Of a stretch of 64,000 nucleotides of DNA, positions 61,341 through 64,000 are shown in pieces. The stretch's first letter is position 1. Each line of letters begins with the position of its first letter. Source of the DNA: Vicugna vicugna (lineage: Eukaryota); assembly GCA_013265495.1 (NCBI GenBank), contig MU058584.1, forward strand, positions 2,265,599 through 2,329,598, in the 5' to 3' direction. The notes under the pieces were generated by a model. That model was not told where the DNA came from and ran no database searches. It worked only from the letters and a program-made list of their open reading frames with translations. Position numbers and translations under genes: made by a program.

Positions 61341-64000
61341 TAGTTTTTTTCTTTGATTTGGGGGAACTGTTGTCCATTTTTTATACTTGCTTTTCCTACA
61401 TTGGGGTTTTTCTTTTAATTCCTTAGATTACTGATTGATTTATGCATTTGATTGTCTTTTTCTTTTTTAATTGATACTACTTTGGGTTTTTCTTTTTATT
61501 TCCAAAAAGCATTGTGTTCTGCTGTTTATAAGCTGGGCTTGTCAGAGGGTTTGCCCTAATGTGTCTCTTTAAGTTGGACAGAGGTAAACTGCTTGGTTTT
61601 GATGAGGAGACCTCTACATTCTCCTTTCAGAGATGCCAATAAGTAAACTTGACCTACTACTTAGAGACAGTCTCTTGGGGTTCTAGCAGTTGGTCTGTTT
61701 CCTGTAAAGTTGTTATCCTGTCTGTTTCGCTGTTCCCATCACGTGATGTCTGGGTCATCTCCTGGCATGCATTCTGCGCAGGAATAGTCACTCTTCTGTA
61801 CATATCTCGTTAGAATGGTCTGCAAAGCCGACTACCATTATTGTTGTTCATTGTTCATAGTTGTTGTTCTTTACTGTTTTATTGTGTTGGTTTTCTTTAT
61901 GGAAATGACAATGAAAATTGCCATTCACGAATTCAGATTATTCGGATTCCGGTTTTCCTGTCACAGCATCAGTTATGTGCTATGCCCTTGGGTTTTAGTG
62001 AATATGTATTGTACCATTAATTTCAGAGTTGGGGCTAACATAGTATATTTTGGGGTGTTCTTGTACCATCCGTTCATAATTTCCACATGTGAAAAAAAAT
62101 AGTCAATAACACTTACAGTATAACATTGATGCTGGTACGCTCTGGAAGGCATGTATGTTGGTGCTTTATTTTTTAAGGGGAAACCAGAAATATTTCCTTA
62201 TTAAATAAGTTTATCAAGTTAAGTATTTATCAAATGAAACTTTATTTTAAAAGTCTCAGATTAAGATACCCCCCCAATGAACCAGATGCGTTGATTTTGG
62301 CTGTGGGGTGCATGTCTAAGAAAATTGATGCCTCCAACTTTAAAGGATCACAGATTTAAATATGTTAAATCCCAGTATGATTTAAAAATCCAGTTTCTAA
62401 CATGTTGGGGGGATGTGATGTCTTTGACCTCACAACAGGTTTGCCACTAAAATACGTTCTCTTTTTACCTTATGGTGGGTTGTTATGGGAGACGTGGAAG
62501 GCTCTGCACAGTAAGGTCTTCTGTGAGCTTCTGGATGCACTGATTTGTTATCAGAAGGTTCTCCAAGTCACTCGGCTGTACCATCACAGCCCTCTTTTGT
62601 TTAAATGGAATCATGCATGAAAAGTGGCCAGGGCTTTGTAAACTTGGATGTGGTAAGACAATGTAGAATTCAATCCGGTTTTCTTGTTCCCAACACTCCA
62701 GCACCATGGGGAGCATATTTGCTTTCTGAAGTTTTGTGAGTGTATGTTTCCTTCTTTTCTCATCACGGTCTGATTGACAAAGGATCGAGGCTACCAGGTT
62801 CAATAACTACAGAGTTTCCTTCTTCCCCATCTGGTCAATTATTAAGCATCTCAGACCCGGCCACACTAGTAGGATTGCACTGCTAGGCAGACACCTACAC
62901 TTGTCTCTTTGGAAAAAGTACAGTTCTGTCAACATTAGCAAAAACGCACTCAACATTCCTGCAAAGGTTATCATCATGCAAAACAGATATCAGAAGGACT
63001 TCTTTCTCTCCCAGATAGATCTGCATCGCAGATGGCATAGCATGATTTACGGCTCGTCCTTAGACGGGCCCCATGGACTCCCGTCGTTAGTAAATCCGTA
63101 ACTTTTTATTCTTTCCTAAAGCACTTAAAAAGAGAAAAGTAAGCATTTTAACCCCCAAGTCTGTGCTTAAGAATTATGTTGGCTCCCTTGGAATGCCAGT
63201 CTCTGATTACAGCTTTCTAAGGAATTATTCTGGTGGCTTAAACTTCATGTGACTATTCTGAGCACAAAGTAAATTATTATGGAAAATTTGAGCTAAGCTT
63301 TCCAGTTGTGCCTAAGATGTTGGAAATAACATGCAGAGGAACCCCTCTGTAGTGCTTTTTCAGAAATAGAGACAAAAGCAAATGCTGTTGTATCTGTGCA
63401 ATCGCATGGAATTTTAAATGATCAATGTTTTAACAGCAAAAGTTAGAAATCGGCTTTTCTGTATTTTCTTTGCTCTTAAGACAACCCAAATCATTTCACA
63501 GATAAAAGGAGAACTTCAGAATGTTTCAGCTTTTCACATAGGGTATTTATTATAATGCTGTGTGCTGGCTCTTCGATAATTATCCAAAGGATAAATGATC
63601 ATTGAATTAGCAAGTGTTAAATAAGCAGTAATAAGAAGTTAATAAGTGAAAATACATTTTGGTTGAGTTTGAAGTCTAGAGTTCTGGAACCTGAGGACTT
63701 TTTATATCCTCAATAGAGAAGCAGGAGTTTTTTCCAGAAGCTTTGCTAAATATAACTACTCATTTCTACTGCAAGGAAGATACTTTGCAAGTAAATCTTC
63801 TTCCTTGTAGAGGCTTTTGTGTGGAGAGCGGTAGTTCAGTATCTTTATTTAGGCCCCTTCTAAATATTTCTGGTTGTTGATACATGCTGGCCTCCTATTT
63901 CCTTACACATAATTCATAAAAATCATTTCGGGCTAGAGCCTGTGGGGATTAGCAAGCGTTTGGAGATACGTGGCATGCTTTATATTTTACATCAGCAGAG

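Overview
This window is mammalian genomic DNA, probably from a camelid, judging by a Vic-1-type tRNA-derived SINE and Cetartiodactyla-like L1 3' ends. It lies entirely inside the TALE-homeobox gene PBX1 on the + strand. It covers the last ~43 kb of intron 2, coding exons 3-6 (245, 191, 136 and 160 bp; all AG/GT and phase-compatible) and the start of intron 6. The rest is intronic DNA with L1, L2, MIR, MLT1 and hAT (Charlie1/MER5A/MER91) relics and microsatellites. Apart from the PBX1 exons and one L1 ORF2 remnant, the ORF-track entries look like noise. I see no prokaryote-style novel system. The most interesting observations are: (1) a candidate alternative first coding exon in intron 2 (ATG at 22566, donor after 22611) that would splice in frame to exon 3 and give an N-terminally truncated PBX1; (2) an unidentified ~123-nt retroposed sequence with a poly(A) tail, TSDs and H/ACA-snoRNA-like features, inserted into an old L1; (3) a near-identical 321-bp tandem duplication and a perfect 42-bp one; (4) palindromes and clusters of PBX/HOX/MEIS-type motifs that could indicate autoregulation. 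Repeat family names are from recall of consensus sequences and their boundaries are approximate.
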